Positions 1-10,964 of a stretch of 63,925 bases of DNA are shown here, in pieces (position 1 is the first letter of the stretch; each line of letters opens with the position of its first letter). The notes under the pieces are model-generated. The model was not told the DNA's origin. It saw only the letters and a program-made list of their open reading frames with translations, and did not search any database. The position numbers and the translations under genes are program-made. The DNA comes from an uncultured Opitutaceae bacterium (GTDB taxonomy: Bacteria > Verrucomicrobiota > Verrucomicrobiia > Opitutales > Opitutaceae): the NCBI GenBank assembly GCA_964429385.1, contig CAYSBR010000022.1:1-63925 (forward strand). Direction: 5' to 3'.

Positions 1-272
1 GCTTCTTCCAGATCGGCGGCGGCATTGCGGGCGACTTCCCCATCTGCGTCGTGCCGATGCTCCGGCTGGATCTCGGCTACGAGCGCACGCCGCTCTGGGG
101 GTATCACTGCCAGATCAGCGATTCCACCACGAGCTACGGCAGCTATTCCGGGGCCGTGCCGAACGAAAAGATCTCCTGGGGCAAACTGGGCGCCACCACG
201 CCGCGGTTCGTGATCGAGAGCGACGCCACTCTCGTGGCGCCGCTGGTTTTCTCCTGGGTGCTGGGCGATTGA
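1..272 (+). CDS. 3' end of a gene encoding a hypothetical (possibly outer-membrane/beta-barrel-like) protein; C-terminus ...LVAPLVFSWVLGD
   Basis: Open frame running from window start to TGA at 270-272; aromatic-rich C-terminus; no recognisable catalytic motif. Confidence 0.35.
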   Translation, partial: FFQIGGGIAGDFPICVVPMLRLDLGYERTPLWGYHCQISDSTTSYGSYSGAVPNEKISWGKLGATTPRFVIESDATLVAPLVFSWVLGD

Positions 273-347
273 ACCTCCTCCTGTCATGGGCGGAGATTCT
301 GTTTGCTCCCCCGGGGCGCGATCCGCTTGTCTGCCCCTTACGTCATC

Positions 348-2135
348 ATGAAGCGCACCCACCACTGTGCCCAACTCACCTCCGCCGATCTCGGGACTTC
401 CGTCTCGCTGCTCGGCTGGGTGGATTCCGTTCGCGACCACGGCGGCATCATCTTCATCGACCTGCGTGACCGCAAAGGCATCACGCAGGTGAAGTTCGAT
501 CCGCAGGATGACGCGAATCTGGGCGCGCAGGCCGCGCAACTGAAGCCGGAGTCGGTGATCGAGATCGCCGGCAAGGTGGTCGCGCGCCCGGCCGGCACGG
601 TCAATGCCACGCTCCCGACGGGTGAGGTGGAGGTCAACGCGAGCGGTCTCGTGGTCCACAATATTGCCGACACGCCGCCGTTCCCGCTCGACGACGCGGG
701 CGGCGACAAGGTCAACGAGGACCTGCGCCTGACCTACCGTTACCTCGACCTGCGCCGGCCGAAGATGCGCCGGAACCTGCAGGTGCGGCACCGCGTGGCG
801 AAGTCCATCCGCGACTATTTCGACGGCCAGGAATTCATCGAGGTGGAGACGCCGGCGCTCTTCAAGAGCACGCCCGAGGGCGCGCGCGAATACCTCGTGC
901 CCTCGCGCATCCACCCGGGGCAGTTTTACGCGCTTTCGCAGTCGCCGCAGCAGTTCAAGCAGATCCTGATGGTTGCGGGCGTGGAGAAGTATTTCCAGAT
1001 CGCGCGCTGCTTTCGCGACGAGGACTTGCGCGCCGACCGCCAGATGGAGTTCACCCAGGTGGACGTCGAGGCGTCGTTCATTGATCGCGAGGGCATCTAC
1101 GCGCTGTTCGAGGGCATGCTGAAGAAGGTGTGGAAGGACGTGCTCGACCACGACCTGCCGACCCCGTTCCCGCGCCTGGCCTACAAGGATGCGATGAACC
1201 GCTATGGCGTGGACAAGCCCGACGTGCGCTTCGGCCTGGAGCTGCAGGACTTCACCGAGCTGTTCAAGACCTCGGCCTTCAAGGTCTTCGCGGCCACCGC
1301 CACCGGCGGCGGCGCGGTGAAGGCGGTCAACGCCAAGGGTCTCGCCGATATCACGCAGGGTGAACTCAAGACGCTGGAAGACGCGGCCAAGTCGCTCGGC
1401 GCGAAGGGCCTCGCGTTCATCAAGGTCGAGGGCGGCGAGTGGAAATCGCCCATCGTGAAATTTTTCACCGACGTGGAAAAGGCCGAGCTCACCGCCCGTC
1501 TTGGTATCGAGGATGGAGACATCATCTTCTTTGCCGCCGCGCCGTGGGAGCAGGCCTGCGCCATTCTCGGCCGCGTCCGGCTCGATGCCGCGCAGCTGCT
1601 CGTGAAGCGAGGCAAGCTCACCCTGCGCCCCGATGACTGGAAGTTTCTCTGGGTCGTTGATTTCCCGCTCATGTCCTACGACGAGGAGCGCGGGGGCTAC
1701 GCGGCCACGCACCATCCGTTCACCGCACCGGTGCCGGAGGATGCGGCGCTGCTCGACACCGACCCGAAGGCCGTGCGCGGCCAGCACTATGATGTGGTGC
1801 TGAACGGCATGGAGCTAGGCGGCGGTTCGATCCGTATTCACCAGCCGGCGCTGCAGAAAAAAGTCTTCGAGGATGTGCTCAAGATTCCGGCCGACGTGGT
1901 CGAGAGCCGCTTCGGCTACATGCTCAAGGCCTTCACCTATGGCGCGCCGCCGCACGGCGGCATCGCCTTTGGTCTCGACCGCATGGCGGCGCTGCTCTGC
2001 GGCACGACGAGCATCCGCGATGTCATCGCTTTCCCGAAGACCCAGAAAGGCCAGTGCCTGATGACGCAGAGCCCGACGCCGGTGACGGAGAAGCAACTCA
2101 AGGAGCTGCACATCCAGACGGTGGTGCCGGAATAA
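348..2135 (+). CDS. aspS: Aspartyl-tRNA synthetase
   Basis: N-terminal OB-fold (SVRDHGGIIFIDLRDRKG), class II core motifs (FRDEDLRADRQ.EFTQVD, GGGSIRIH, GLDR), ~595 aa typical bacterial AspRS; ATG at 348 in frame of ORF 303..2135. Confidence 0.95.
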   Translation: MKRTHHCAQLTSADLGTSVSLLGWVDSVRDHGGIIFIDLRDRKGITQVKFDPQDDANLGAQAAQLKPESVIEIAGKVVARPAGTVNATLPTGEVEVNASGLVVHNIADTPPFPLDDAGGDKVNEDLRLTYRYLDLRRPKMRRNLQVRHRVAKSIRDYFDGQEFIEVETPALFKSTPEGAREYLVPSRIHPGQFYALSQSPQQFKQILMVAGVEKYFQIARCFRDEDLRADRQMEFTQVDVEASFIDREGIYALFEGMLKKVWKDVLDHDLPTPFPRLAYKDAMNRYGVDKPDVRFGLELQDFTELFKTSAFKVFAATATGGGAVKAVNAKGLADITQGELKTLEDAAKSLGAKGLAFIKVEGGEWKSPIVKFFTDVEKAELTARLGIEDGDIIFFAAAPWEQACAILGRVRLDAAQLLVKRGKLTLRPDDWKFLWVVDFPLMSYDEERGGYAATHHPFTAPVPEDAALLDTDPKAVRGQHYDVVLNGMELGGGSIRIHQPALQKKVFEDVLKIPADVVESRFGYMLKAFTYGAPPHGGIAFGLDRMAALLCGTTSIRDVIAFPKTQKGQCLMTQSPTPVTEKQLKELHIQTVVPE

Positions 2136-2145
2136 GCAGAGCTCC

Positions 2146-2195
2146 CGCCCCGGCCCTGCCTTGTGCCGGGCGGGGTGTGCGGGAGGTTTTATTAT
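2146..2195 (+). terminator. GC-rich hairpin (cccgccccgg...ccgggcgggg) followed by gttttatta, downstream of aspS
   Basis: Inverted repeat immediately after aspS stop, U-rich tail is weak. Confidence 0.35.
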
Positions 2196-2199
2196 CCTG

Positions 2200-2874
2200 A
2201 TGCCAACGGTTGTCACCCACGCGCCGGAATCCCCGGATGGCCCGGCCCTTTCCGAGGAGCTCGGCACGCTGTCGCAGCGCTACAGCGACCAGCCGGTGCC
2301 GCTGGGCGAGATTCTCGACACGCTCGGCGCGCGGGCTTCGGCGCTGCTGATGGTGATCTGCGCGCTGCCGTTTTCGACGCCGGTGAGCCTGCCCGGGCTC
2401 TCGACGCCGCTCGGGCTGGTGATCCTGTTCCTGTCGGTGCGCTATTTTCTTGGCCGGCCGCCCTGGCTGCCCGGCTGGTTGCGCAAGGTGGTGTTGCCGG
2501 CGTCCTTTTTTTCCAAGGTGCTGAAGGCGAGCAGCAAGCTCGTGGGCTGGCTGGAGCGGCGGCTGCGGCACCGGTTGCGCGTGCTCACCGACGCGGAGTG
2601 GAAGCTGCGGCTGCACACCGGCATCGTCATCCTCGCGGCCCTGCTGCTGATCCTGCCGCTGCCGCCGCTGCCACCGTTCACCAACACGCTGCCCGCGCTG
2701 GTCTCCGTGGTCATGACCTTCAGCGTGCTGAAGCGCGACGGCGCCGGCATCCTCGCCGGCTACGGCCTGTTCGCCTTCACCGTCGGCTATTTCATTTTCT
2801 GGGGCGCCGTGGTGGTGGAGATGTTCAACCGCTACGGAGGAAAGCTCGTCGGGCTGTTCGAACGTTTTTTCTGA
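2200..2874 (+). CDS. ExoD-family exopolysaccharide synthesis membrane protein
   Basis: ~225 aa, multi-TM, conserved ExoD-like blocks (LGEILDTLG..ALLMVICALPF, LKRDGAGILAGYGLF); GGGAGG RBS 14 nt upstream of ATG 2200. Confidence 0.65.
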   Translation: MPTVVTHAPESPDGPALSEELGTLSQRYSDQPVPLGEILDTLGARASALLMVICALPFSTPVSLPGLSTPLGLVILFLSVRYFLGRPPWLPGWLRKVVLPASFFSKVLKASSKLVGWLERRLRHRLRVLTDAEWKLRLHTGIVILAALLLILPLPPLPPFTNTLPALVSVVMTFSVLKRDGAGILAGYGLFAFTVGYFIFWGAVVVEMFNRYGGKLVGLFERFF

Positions 2875-2933
2875 GCTGAGCCGGACGGGATTTTTTGTTC
2901 GATTGCGGGAGCGGATTCCGCAAGGTGGCGCGC

Positions 2934-4295
2934 ATGCCGAAGGTGAACTTGAAATTCTGGCGCTGGCCGCTGGCCAACCAGATCCTGCTGGGCTTGGTGA
3001 TCGGTGTCATCGCCGGCCTCATCACCGGTGCGCTGGTGCAGACGGAAGCGGGCGGGGCGACGCTGCAGGCGTGGCTGACGCAGCTCATCCAGCCGCTGGG
3101 CCGGCTTTTCATCCGGATCATCTTCATGATCGTGATTCCGCTGATCTTCGCGGCGATCGTGCTCGGCGTGGCGGAGATGGGCGATGTGCGCAAGCTGGGG
3201 CGCGTCGGCCTGAAGGCGCTCAAGTTTACGCTGCTGCTGTCCGGCCTGAGCGTGGTCGTGGGTCTGACCCTCGTGAACGTCCTGAAGCCGGGCCAGCAGC
3301 TCTCCAGCGAGACCCGCGAGGAACTGTTGGTGAGCTACGGCGGCGATACCGCCAAGCGCGTCGTGGCGCAGGGTACGCGGGAATCCCCGCCGCTGGCGGA
3401 GACCCTGCTCAACCTGATCCCGCAGAATCCGCTGTTCGAGGCGGTCAACGCCTTCACGCCGAACTATACGGGCGGTGGGCTGATCTCGGTCATGGTCTTC
3501 AGCCTCTTCTTCGGCGTGGCGCTGGCGATGGTCCCGCGGGACAAGTCCGAAAGCCTGCTGACTGTGCTGCAAGGGGTCTTCGAGGTCTGCATGCGCGTGA
3601 TCGGCTTTGCGATGCGACTGGCCCCGATGGGCGTGGCCTGCCTCGGGTTCAGCCTGGCGGTGACCATGGGGGTGGATATGCTCAAGAGCCTGGGTTTCTA
3701 CGCCGGGGTGGTCATCCTCGGCCTGGCGTTCCAGCAGTTCGTCGTCTATTCGTTTTTTCTCCGGACCCTTGGCGGTTATTCGCCGCGGGATTTTTTCCGC
3801 CGGATCAGGGAGGTCATGATCACGGCCTTCAGCACTTCTTCCAGCAACGCGACTTTGCCGGTGGCGCTGCGGGTGGGCGAGGAGAACCTGGGGCTGCCGC
3901 GGCGGATCAGCCGTTTCGTACTCACGGTCGGCGCCAGCGCCAACCAGAACGGCACGGCGCTCTACGAGGGCGTCACCGTGCTGTTTCTCGCGCAGGTCTT
4001 CGGTGTGGACCTTTCAATCGGCCAGCAAATCGTGGTGGCGCTGATGTGCATCATGGCGGGACTGGGCACCGCCGGCGTGCCGGGCGGCTCTTTGCCATTG
4101 GTTGTGGGCGTGCTCGTGACCATCGGTGTGCCGGGTGAGAGCATCGCGATCATCCTCGGCATCGACCGTCTGCTCGACATGTGCCGCACCTGCCTGAACG
4201 TCACCGGCGACATGGTGTGCGCGGTGCTGGTGAGCAAGGGTGAGTCGGACGAGGCGCTGGACGCCGCCCCCGCCGGGGATGGTGCGCAAGGATGA
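2934..4295 (+). CDS. Dicarboxylate/amino acid:cation symporter (DAACS, GltP/DctA family)
   Basis: ~450 aa multi-TM; hallmark motifs of SDF family (TSSS..LP, NQNGTALYEGV, AGVPGGSL, GIDRLLDMCRT.LNVTGD). Confidence 0.85.
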   Translation: MPKVNLKFWRWPLANQILLGLVIGVIAGLITGALVQTEAGGATLQAWLTQLIQPLGRLFIRIIFMIVIPLIFAAIVLGVAEMGDVRKLGRVGLKALKFTLLLSGLSVVVGLTLVNVLKPGQQLSSETREELLVSYGGDTAKRVVAQGTRESPPLAETLLNLIPQNPLFEAVNAFTPNYTGGGLISVMVFSLFFGVALAMVPRDKSESLLTVLQGVFEVCMRVIGFAMRLAPMGVACLGFSLAVTMGVDMLKSLGFYAGVVILGLAFQQFVVYSFFLRTLGGYSPRDFFRRIREVMITAFSTSSSNATLPVALRVGEENLGLPRRISRFVLTVGASANQNGTALYEGVTVLFLAQVFGVDLSIGQQIVVALMCIMAGLGTAGVPGGSLPLVVGVLVTIGVPGESIAIILGIDRLLDMCRTCLNVTGDMVCAVLVSKGESDEALDAAPAGDGAQG

Positions 4296-4354
4296 TGCGG
4301 TTTCCTGAATAGGCTCGCCGGGCCGGCGACGGGCTGGCGAAGGTCATCAATCGC

Positions 4355-6184
4355 ATGAACCACGACCTGCTCACCGTTCTCATCCTGCTGGGCGCCTGCA
4401 TCGGGCTGTTCATGGCGAACAAGCCGCGGATGGATGTGGTGGCGCTGCTGGTCATCGTGGCGCTGCCGCTCTTCGGCATCCTGACGGTGCCGGAGGCGCT
4501 GGCGGGCTTTGGCGATCCGAGCGTGGTGATGATCGCCGCGCTGTTTGTGATCGGTGAAGGACTGGTGCGCACCGGCATCGCCTACCGGATGGGAGAGTGG
4601 CTGGTCCACCGGTCGGGCAACAGCGAGACGCGGCTGCTGGTGCTGCTCATGCTCTCGGTGGCGCTGCTCGGCTCGGTCATGAGCTCGACCGGGGTGGTGG
4701 CGATCTTCATCCCGGTGGTGCTGAGCATCGCCTCGCGTCTGCACGTGGCGCCGGGCCGGTTGATGATGCCGCTGAGTTTCGCGGGTCTCATCAGCGGCAT
4801 GCTCACCCTCGTGGCGACTCCGCCGAACCTGGTCATGGACAGCGCGCTGAAGCGGGAGGGCTTTGCCGGGTTTCAATTTTTCAGTTTCACCCCCATCGGA
4901 CTGGTGATCCTCGTCCTGGGCATCGGCTACATGCTCGTGGCGCGCCGCTGGCTGGCGGTGCGGACGGAGGATGCGCCCGCCGCCGGGGTGCGACGCACGT
5001 TCCAGCACCTGATCAGCGACTACAAATTGGCGGACCGCGCGCACCGCCTGCGCATCCGGCCCGGCTCGCCGTTGGTGGGCCGCACACTGCAGAACCTGAG
5101 CCTGCGCAGCGAATACCGCGCGAATGTCGTGGCGATCGAGCGTCCGGGGCGTTTCAGCCTGGATCTGCTGCCACCCAGCGCCACGGCCGAGCTGAAGTCC
5201 GGGGATGTTCTTTTGGTGGAGATATCCGGGGAAGGGACCGACCCCCAACCGCTCTGCCGCGACCTGGGGCTCGACCGGTTGGTTCTGGGCGACACCTATT
5301 TTGCGGATCAATCCCGAGCCATCGGCATGGCGGAGGTGGCGCTGCCGCCGGATTCCGGGTTGATCGCCAAGACTGTGCTGGAAACGGGTTTTCGCCGGAA
5401 GCACGGACTCAATGTCGTCGGTCTGCGCCGCGGGCGCAAAGCCCTGGAAGGCGCCATGCTGGAGGAGAAACTGCGGATGGGCGATACGTTGCTGGTGATC
5501 GGCCCGTGGAAGGCGGTTCGCCTGCTGCAATCGCAACCGCAGGATTTTCTCGTGCTGAGTCTGCCGGCGGAGGTGGATGAGGTGGCGCCCGTGCCCGGGC
5601 GGGCGCCGCATGCGTTGTTCAGCCTCGGGGTGATGGTCGTGCTGATGGTCACCGGCGTTGTGCCCAATGTCGTCGCCGTCCTGCTGGCCTGTCTGCTGAT
5701 GGGCGCTTTCCGCTGCATTGACCTGAGCAGCGCCTACAAGTCCATCCACTGGCAGAGTCTCGTGCTGATCGCGGGGATGATCCCGGTGGCCCTTTCGCTG
5801 GAGCGGACGGGAGGCGTCGAACTGGCGGTCGGCAGCCTGATGGAAACTTTCGGCGGCGCGGGCCCGCGGCTGTTGCTGGCCGGGTTGTTCCTGCTGACGG
5901 CGGTGACGGGCCTGTTCATTTCCAACACCGCGACGGCGGTGCTGATGGCGCCCATCGCGCTGAGCATCGCCCGGCATCTGGAGGCCTCGCCGCTGCCGTT
6001 TGCGATGACGGTCGCGCTGGCGGCCTCGGCGGCGTTCATGACGCCGGTGTCATCGCCGGTGAACACGCTGGTGCTCGGGCCGGGTCGCTACCGGTTCGGC
6101 GATTTCGTGAAGGTGGGCGTGCCGTTCGCGGCGCTGGTTTTAATCGTCACCGTGCTGCTGGTGCCGGTGCTGTTTCCGTTATAA
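4355..6184 (+). CDS. SLC13/DASS-family permease with two internal TrkA-C (RCK_C) domains
   Basis: 609 aa; N- and C-terminal TM-rich halves separated by two ~80-aa soluble RCK_C-like segments (LRIRPGSPLVGRTLQNL... and EVALPPDSGLIAKTV...GDTLLVIGP). Confidence 0.75.
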   Translation: MNHDLLTVLILLGACIGLFMANKPRMDVVALLVIVALPLFGILTVPEALAGFGDPSVVMIAALFVIGEGLVRTGIAYRMGEWLVHRSGNSETRLLVLLMLSVALLGSVMSSTGVVAIFIPVVLSIASRLHVAPGRLMMPLSFAGLISGMLTLVATPPNLVMDSALKREGFAGFQFFSFTPIGLVILVLGIGYMLVARRWLAVRTEDAPAAGVRRTFQHLISDYKLADRAHRLRIRPGSPLVGRTLQNLSLRSEYRANVVAIERPGRFSLDLLPPSATAELKSGDVLLVEISGEGTDPQPLCRDLGLDRLVLGDTYFADQSRAIGMAEVALPPDSGLIAKTVLETGFRRKHGLNVVGLRRGRKALEGAMLEEKLRMGDTLLVIGPWKAVRLLQSQPQDFLVLSLPAEVDEVAPVPGRAPHALFSLGVMVVLMVTGVVPNVVAVLLACLLMGAFRCIDLSSAYKSIHWQSLVLIAGMIPVALSLERTGGVELAVGSLMETFGGAGPRLLLAGLFLLTAVTGLFISNTATAVLMAPIALSIARHLEASPLPFAMTVALAASAAFMTPVSSPVNTLVLGPGRYRFGDFVKVGVPFAALVLIVTVLLVPVLFPL

Positions 6185-6246
6185 CCCGCCGCCAGGCCGC
6201 CGGTCGAATCGCGAAGGGGTTTCGCGCCTGCGCCTGCCCGGTTTGT

Positions 6247-6786
6247 TCAGTCGGCGTTGGGGGTTTGGGCTGACGGCCCAAGGGGTGGGCGGGGTGACCG
6301 GACGGGAAAGTTGCGGATGGCGGCGTAGCCGATGGCTCCGCCCAAGGCGCCGATGATGACGGCGCCGAGGTAGAGGGAAATCACGCTGTCACCGGAGAAG
6401 ACGGCGAGCGGGGTTTCATGGAGGTGCGCCCAGACGGTGGAGGGGGAGCGGCCGCGCACGAGTTCGCCCACGAAGTAGCAGGCGGGCAGCTGGACCGGCG
6501 CGGTCAGGGGCGAGGAAAGGAATTGCAGTGCGATGCACAGCAGGAGGTTGCCGCGCACGAAAAGTCCGGCGATCGTGGCGAAGACCGTCTGGAAGGGGAG
6601 GAACGGCACCATCGTGATGGGGAAACCCACCAGCCAGGCGCGCGCGACGGATTCGCGGGAGAACCGCCAGAGATCCTTGGCAAAGATCCGGTCGCCGAGC
6701 CGGTTGTGCAGCCAGCTGCCGCGCAGTTTTTGCCGCGACAGGTTGCGCTGGTGCAGCCAGCGCATGACCCAGAGGGGCAGTTTCAT
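6247..6786 (-). CDS. DUF2062-family membrane protein
   Basis: Start MKLPLWVMRWLHQRNLSRQKL..; ~180 aa with 3 TM, pattern typical of DUF2062; ATG at 6786. Confidence 0.45.
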   Translation of the reverse strand: MKLPLWVMRWLHQRNLSRQKLRGSWLHNRLGDRIFAKDLWRFSRESVARAWLVGFPITMVPFLPFQTVFATIAGLFVRGNLLLCIALQFLSSPLTAPVQLPACYFVGELVRGRSPSTVWAHLHETPLAVFSGDSVISLYLGAVIIGALGGAIGYAAIRNFPVRSPRPPLGPSAQTPNAD

Positions 6787-6939
6787 GCGTCGCCGCGCAG
6801 AGGGCGCGGAGAGGGAAGGCCGGAGAGACGAAGGACGGGACGCATGGGAAGGAAGACAGGTGCGGCCCGGCGCGAACCCTGTCAATGGCGGGCCGTTCCG
6901 CCCGGCTTTGTCGGGTCCGATTTCAAGCTCAGACCGGGT

Positions 6940-6955
6940 TGGCACAGGCTGTGCT
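6940..6955 (+). promoter_or_regulatory. Putative sigma-54 (-24/-12) promoter TGGCAC-aggct-GTGCT upstream of amt
   Basis: GG-N10-GC spacing correct; -12 element GTGC (3/4 of TTGC); ~70 bp upstream of amt ATG; amt-glnK are classic NtrC/sigma-54 targets. Confidence 0.55.
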
Positions 6956-7025
6956 AAATGGAGGGTACGGCCGCTTTGCCGACCGGAACTCATCCACTGC
7001 CTGTAAACCACCCAACCCACCTACC

Positions 7026-8825
<1,800 letters not shown>

Positions 8826-8862
8826 CGCGGCTCCAGTCACAGGCTACACCAAGCAACCACAA

Positions 8863-8906
8863 GCCGGCCCCACTGACCTGGGGCCGGCTTTGTTTTTGGG
8901 TTTTTC
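8863..8906 (+). terminator. Rho-independent terminator after glnK
   Basis: Perfect stem aagccggcccc/ggggccggctt followed by tttgtttttgggttttt. Confidence 0.85.
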
Positions 8907-9180
8907 AGGCCTGGCGGTCCGGCGGGCGCCGAGGATGGGAGGTACCAGCCCATCTGTTTTCAAAGTGAAGCACTCCCGTTCTGAGCGGGTGTTTTGTGCG
9001 AATCGCCGGATGCCTTTTAGGCTTCGGCTGATTATGCGGATGAGCCCAGGCAGGCGGCTGTTTAATCCGTGCCGATCCGTGTAGTCTGCGGCTGAAAATT
9101 TGGCGCCACCTATTCTGAAAACCCCAAAAAGGGGATGGGGCGTTCCGCCTGTGAGTTGGCGGAGTATTAAGGGGGCGGGT

Positions 9181-10002
9181 TTATTCGCGGGGATAAATCA
9201 TGGGATTCAGCGGCGTGGCCACCGGTTTGCCGATCTTGGCGCCGGGCATCCACGAGTCCCAATCCAACTGGTGGTTCTTGTGCTTCGGCGCGATGAGGCG
9301 GATGCCGTCCTCGATGTAGATGATGGTCATGACGGCGCGGGGACGGTCGGAGGTGTTGGGGCCGGCGCGGTGGAAGGTCCAGCCGTAGTGGAAGCTCACC
9401 TCGCCGAGATCGTAAGGGGTATCGAAGAGCGGGTAGTTGTGCTCTTTCATGGAGCGGCCGATCTCCTTTTCGCTTTGGTCGCTGATGCCGAGCTCGCGAC
9501 CGGCTTCAAATCTGTGACTGCCGACCGCAAAGGCGAGGGGCCCGAGTTCCATGGGCGTGGCCTGAAGGGGGATCCAGACGGTGACGGTGTTGGGGTTGCT
9601 GAGGGGCCAGTAGTATTGATCGGCGTGCCAGGGGGTGACGCCACCGCCGGGTTCCTTGTAGAGGGCCTGGTCGTGATACATGCGCACACCGGAGACCCCG
9701 AGCAGCTCGGCGGCCATGCGGGCGAGTTTTTGGCCGAAGCAGAATTCCTTCACCGTGTCGTTCTTGGTCCAGATGTTGATGACCTGAAGGAAGGCTTTGT
9801 TGTAGGTGTCGCGCTGTTCGATGGGCAGGTGCATCGTGTTCAGCCGGTGAACCTCGGCGGTGATGGTCCGGCCATAGTGGGCGAGGACTTCGGGCGAGAG
9901 CACTTGCTTGAGCTTGATGAAGCCATCGCGGCGAAACTGTGCGATCTGGTCCGCGGTGAGCGGGTGGTGCGAATCGATGTCGAGAGCGGTTGGGGTGGAC
10001 AT
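9181..10002 (-). CDS. Phytanoyl-CoA dioxygenase (PhyH) family Fe(II)/2-oxoglutarate oxygenase, paralog 1
   Basis: 273 aa; PhyH-like blocks (PWHADQYYWP, H..D facial triad, GEVSFHYGWTFHRAGPN). Confidence 0.75.
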   Translation of the reverse strand: MSTPTALDIDSHHPLTADQIAQFRRDGFIKLKQVLSPEVLAHYGRTITAEVHRLNTMHLPIEQRDTYNKAFLQVINIWTKNDTVKEFCFGQKLARMAAELLGVSGVRMYHDQALYKEPGGGVTPWHADQYYWPLSNPNTVTVWIPLQATPMELGPLAFAVGSHRFEAGRELGISDQSEKEIGRSMKEHNYPLFDTPYDLGEVSFHYGWTFHRAGPNTSDRPRAVMTIIYIEDGIRLIAPKHKNHQLDWDSWMPGAKIGKPVATPLNPMIYPRE

Positions 10003-10096
10003 GGGATGAAGACTGTCAGCATAGGGTTAAAGATCGGCTGCCGCCACGCCGCGTTTGACCAGGGCTGATACTTAATTAGCAACTTGTGGCGGAAAA

Positions 10097-10945
10097 ATGC
10101 GCGCACTGTTTGAAAAAGTAGCAATCGGGCCGGGGGAATCATTTGCCTGCCGGACCTATGCCCTGCCGCGGTTTGATTCTCCCTGGCACTTTCACCCGGA
10201 GTGTGAACTGACCCTGATTGAGTCCAGTCACGGGCTGCGCCTGGTGGGCGATAGCATCGAACGCTTTGAGCCGGGTGATCTTGTGCTGCTGGGGAGCAAC
10301 CTGCCTCATTGTTGGAGCAATCCGCCCGATTGGCGGGGCCGGGCGCGCTCGGTGGTGATCCAGTTCCAGGGCGGGGAGGTGAGCTGGCTGACCCCGCCGG
10401 AATTCACCGCGGTGCGGCGGTTGCTCGCCCGGGCGGAGCGTGGGCTGCATTTTTCAGGCCGGCCGGCGCGGCTGGCGGCGGCGCGTCTGCGGGCCATGAC
10501 GGGACTGGCGCCACTGCCCCGGTTGCTGGCCTTGCTGGAAGTGCTGCATGACCTGGCCCGCGTGGCCGCGGCGCGACCGCTGGCGAGCCCCGGGTTTGCG
10601 CCGCCCCTGAACACCGCGGACACCGGCCGGCTGGGCCGGGTGCTGGACTACGTCAACACCGCGGCCGCCGAAGGCGTGACCCAGCCGGAGGCGGCGCGGC
10701 GCGCAGGCTTGAGCCCGGCGGCCTTCAGCCGGTATTTCCGAAAAAAGATGGGCCGCACTTTCGAGGCCTTCGTCAACGAGGTGCGCGTGGGCCGCATCTG
10801 CCGGGCCTTGATCGAGGAGCCCGACCGCTCGGTCGCGGAGATCGCCTATGCCGCCGGCTACAACAACCTCGCCAATTTCAACCGCCAGTTCCTGCGGCGG
10901 ACGGGCCTGGCCCCGGTGGCTTACCGGACGCAGCACGGAAGTTGA
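10097..10945 (+). CDS. AraC-family transcriptional regulator (N-terminal cupin sensor + C-terminal HTH)
   Basis: N-term cupin (FDSPWHFHPECELTLI), C-term AraC HTH (AAEGVTQPEAARRAGLSPAAFSRYFRKKMG...IAYAAGYNNLANFNRQF). Confidence 0.85.
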   Translation: MRALFEKVAIGPGESFACRTYALPRFDSPWHFHPECELTLIESSHGLRLVGDSIERFEPGDLVLLGSNLPHCWSNPPDWRGRARSVVIQFQGGEVSWLTPPEFTAVRRLLARAERGLHFSGRPARLAAARLRAMTGLAPLPRLLALLEVLHDLARVAAARPLASPGFAPPLNTADTGRLGRVLDYVNTAAAEGVTQPEAARRAGLSPAAFSRYFRKKMGRTFEAFVNEVRVGRICRALIEEPDRSVAEIAYAAGYNNLANFNRQFLRRTGLAPVAYRTQHGS

Positions 10946-10964
10946 GCATTACGCTCTGCGGGGC

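Noticed and set aside
3962-5977. 671-aa minus-strand ORF overlapping the two transporter genes
   Set aside because: It is antisense to strongly supported membrane transporter genes, with Arg/Pro/Gln/His-rich low-complexity translation. This is a high-GC artefact.
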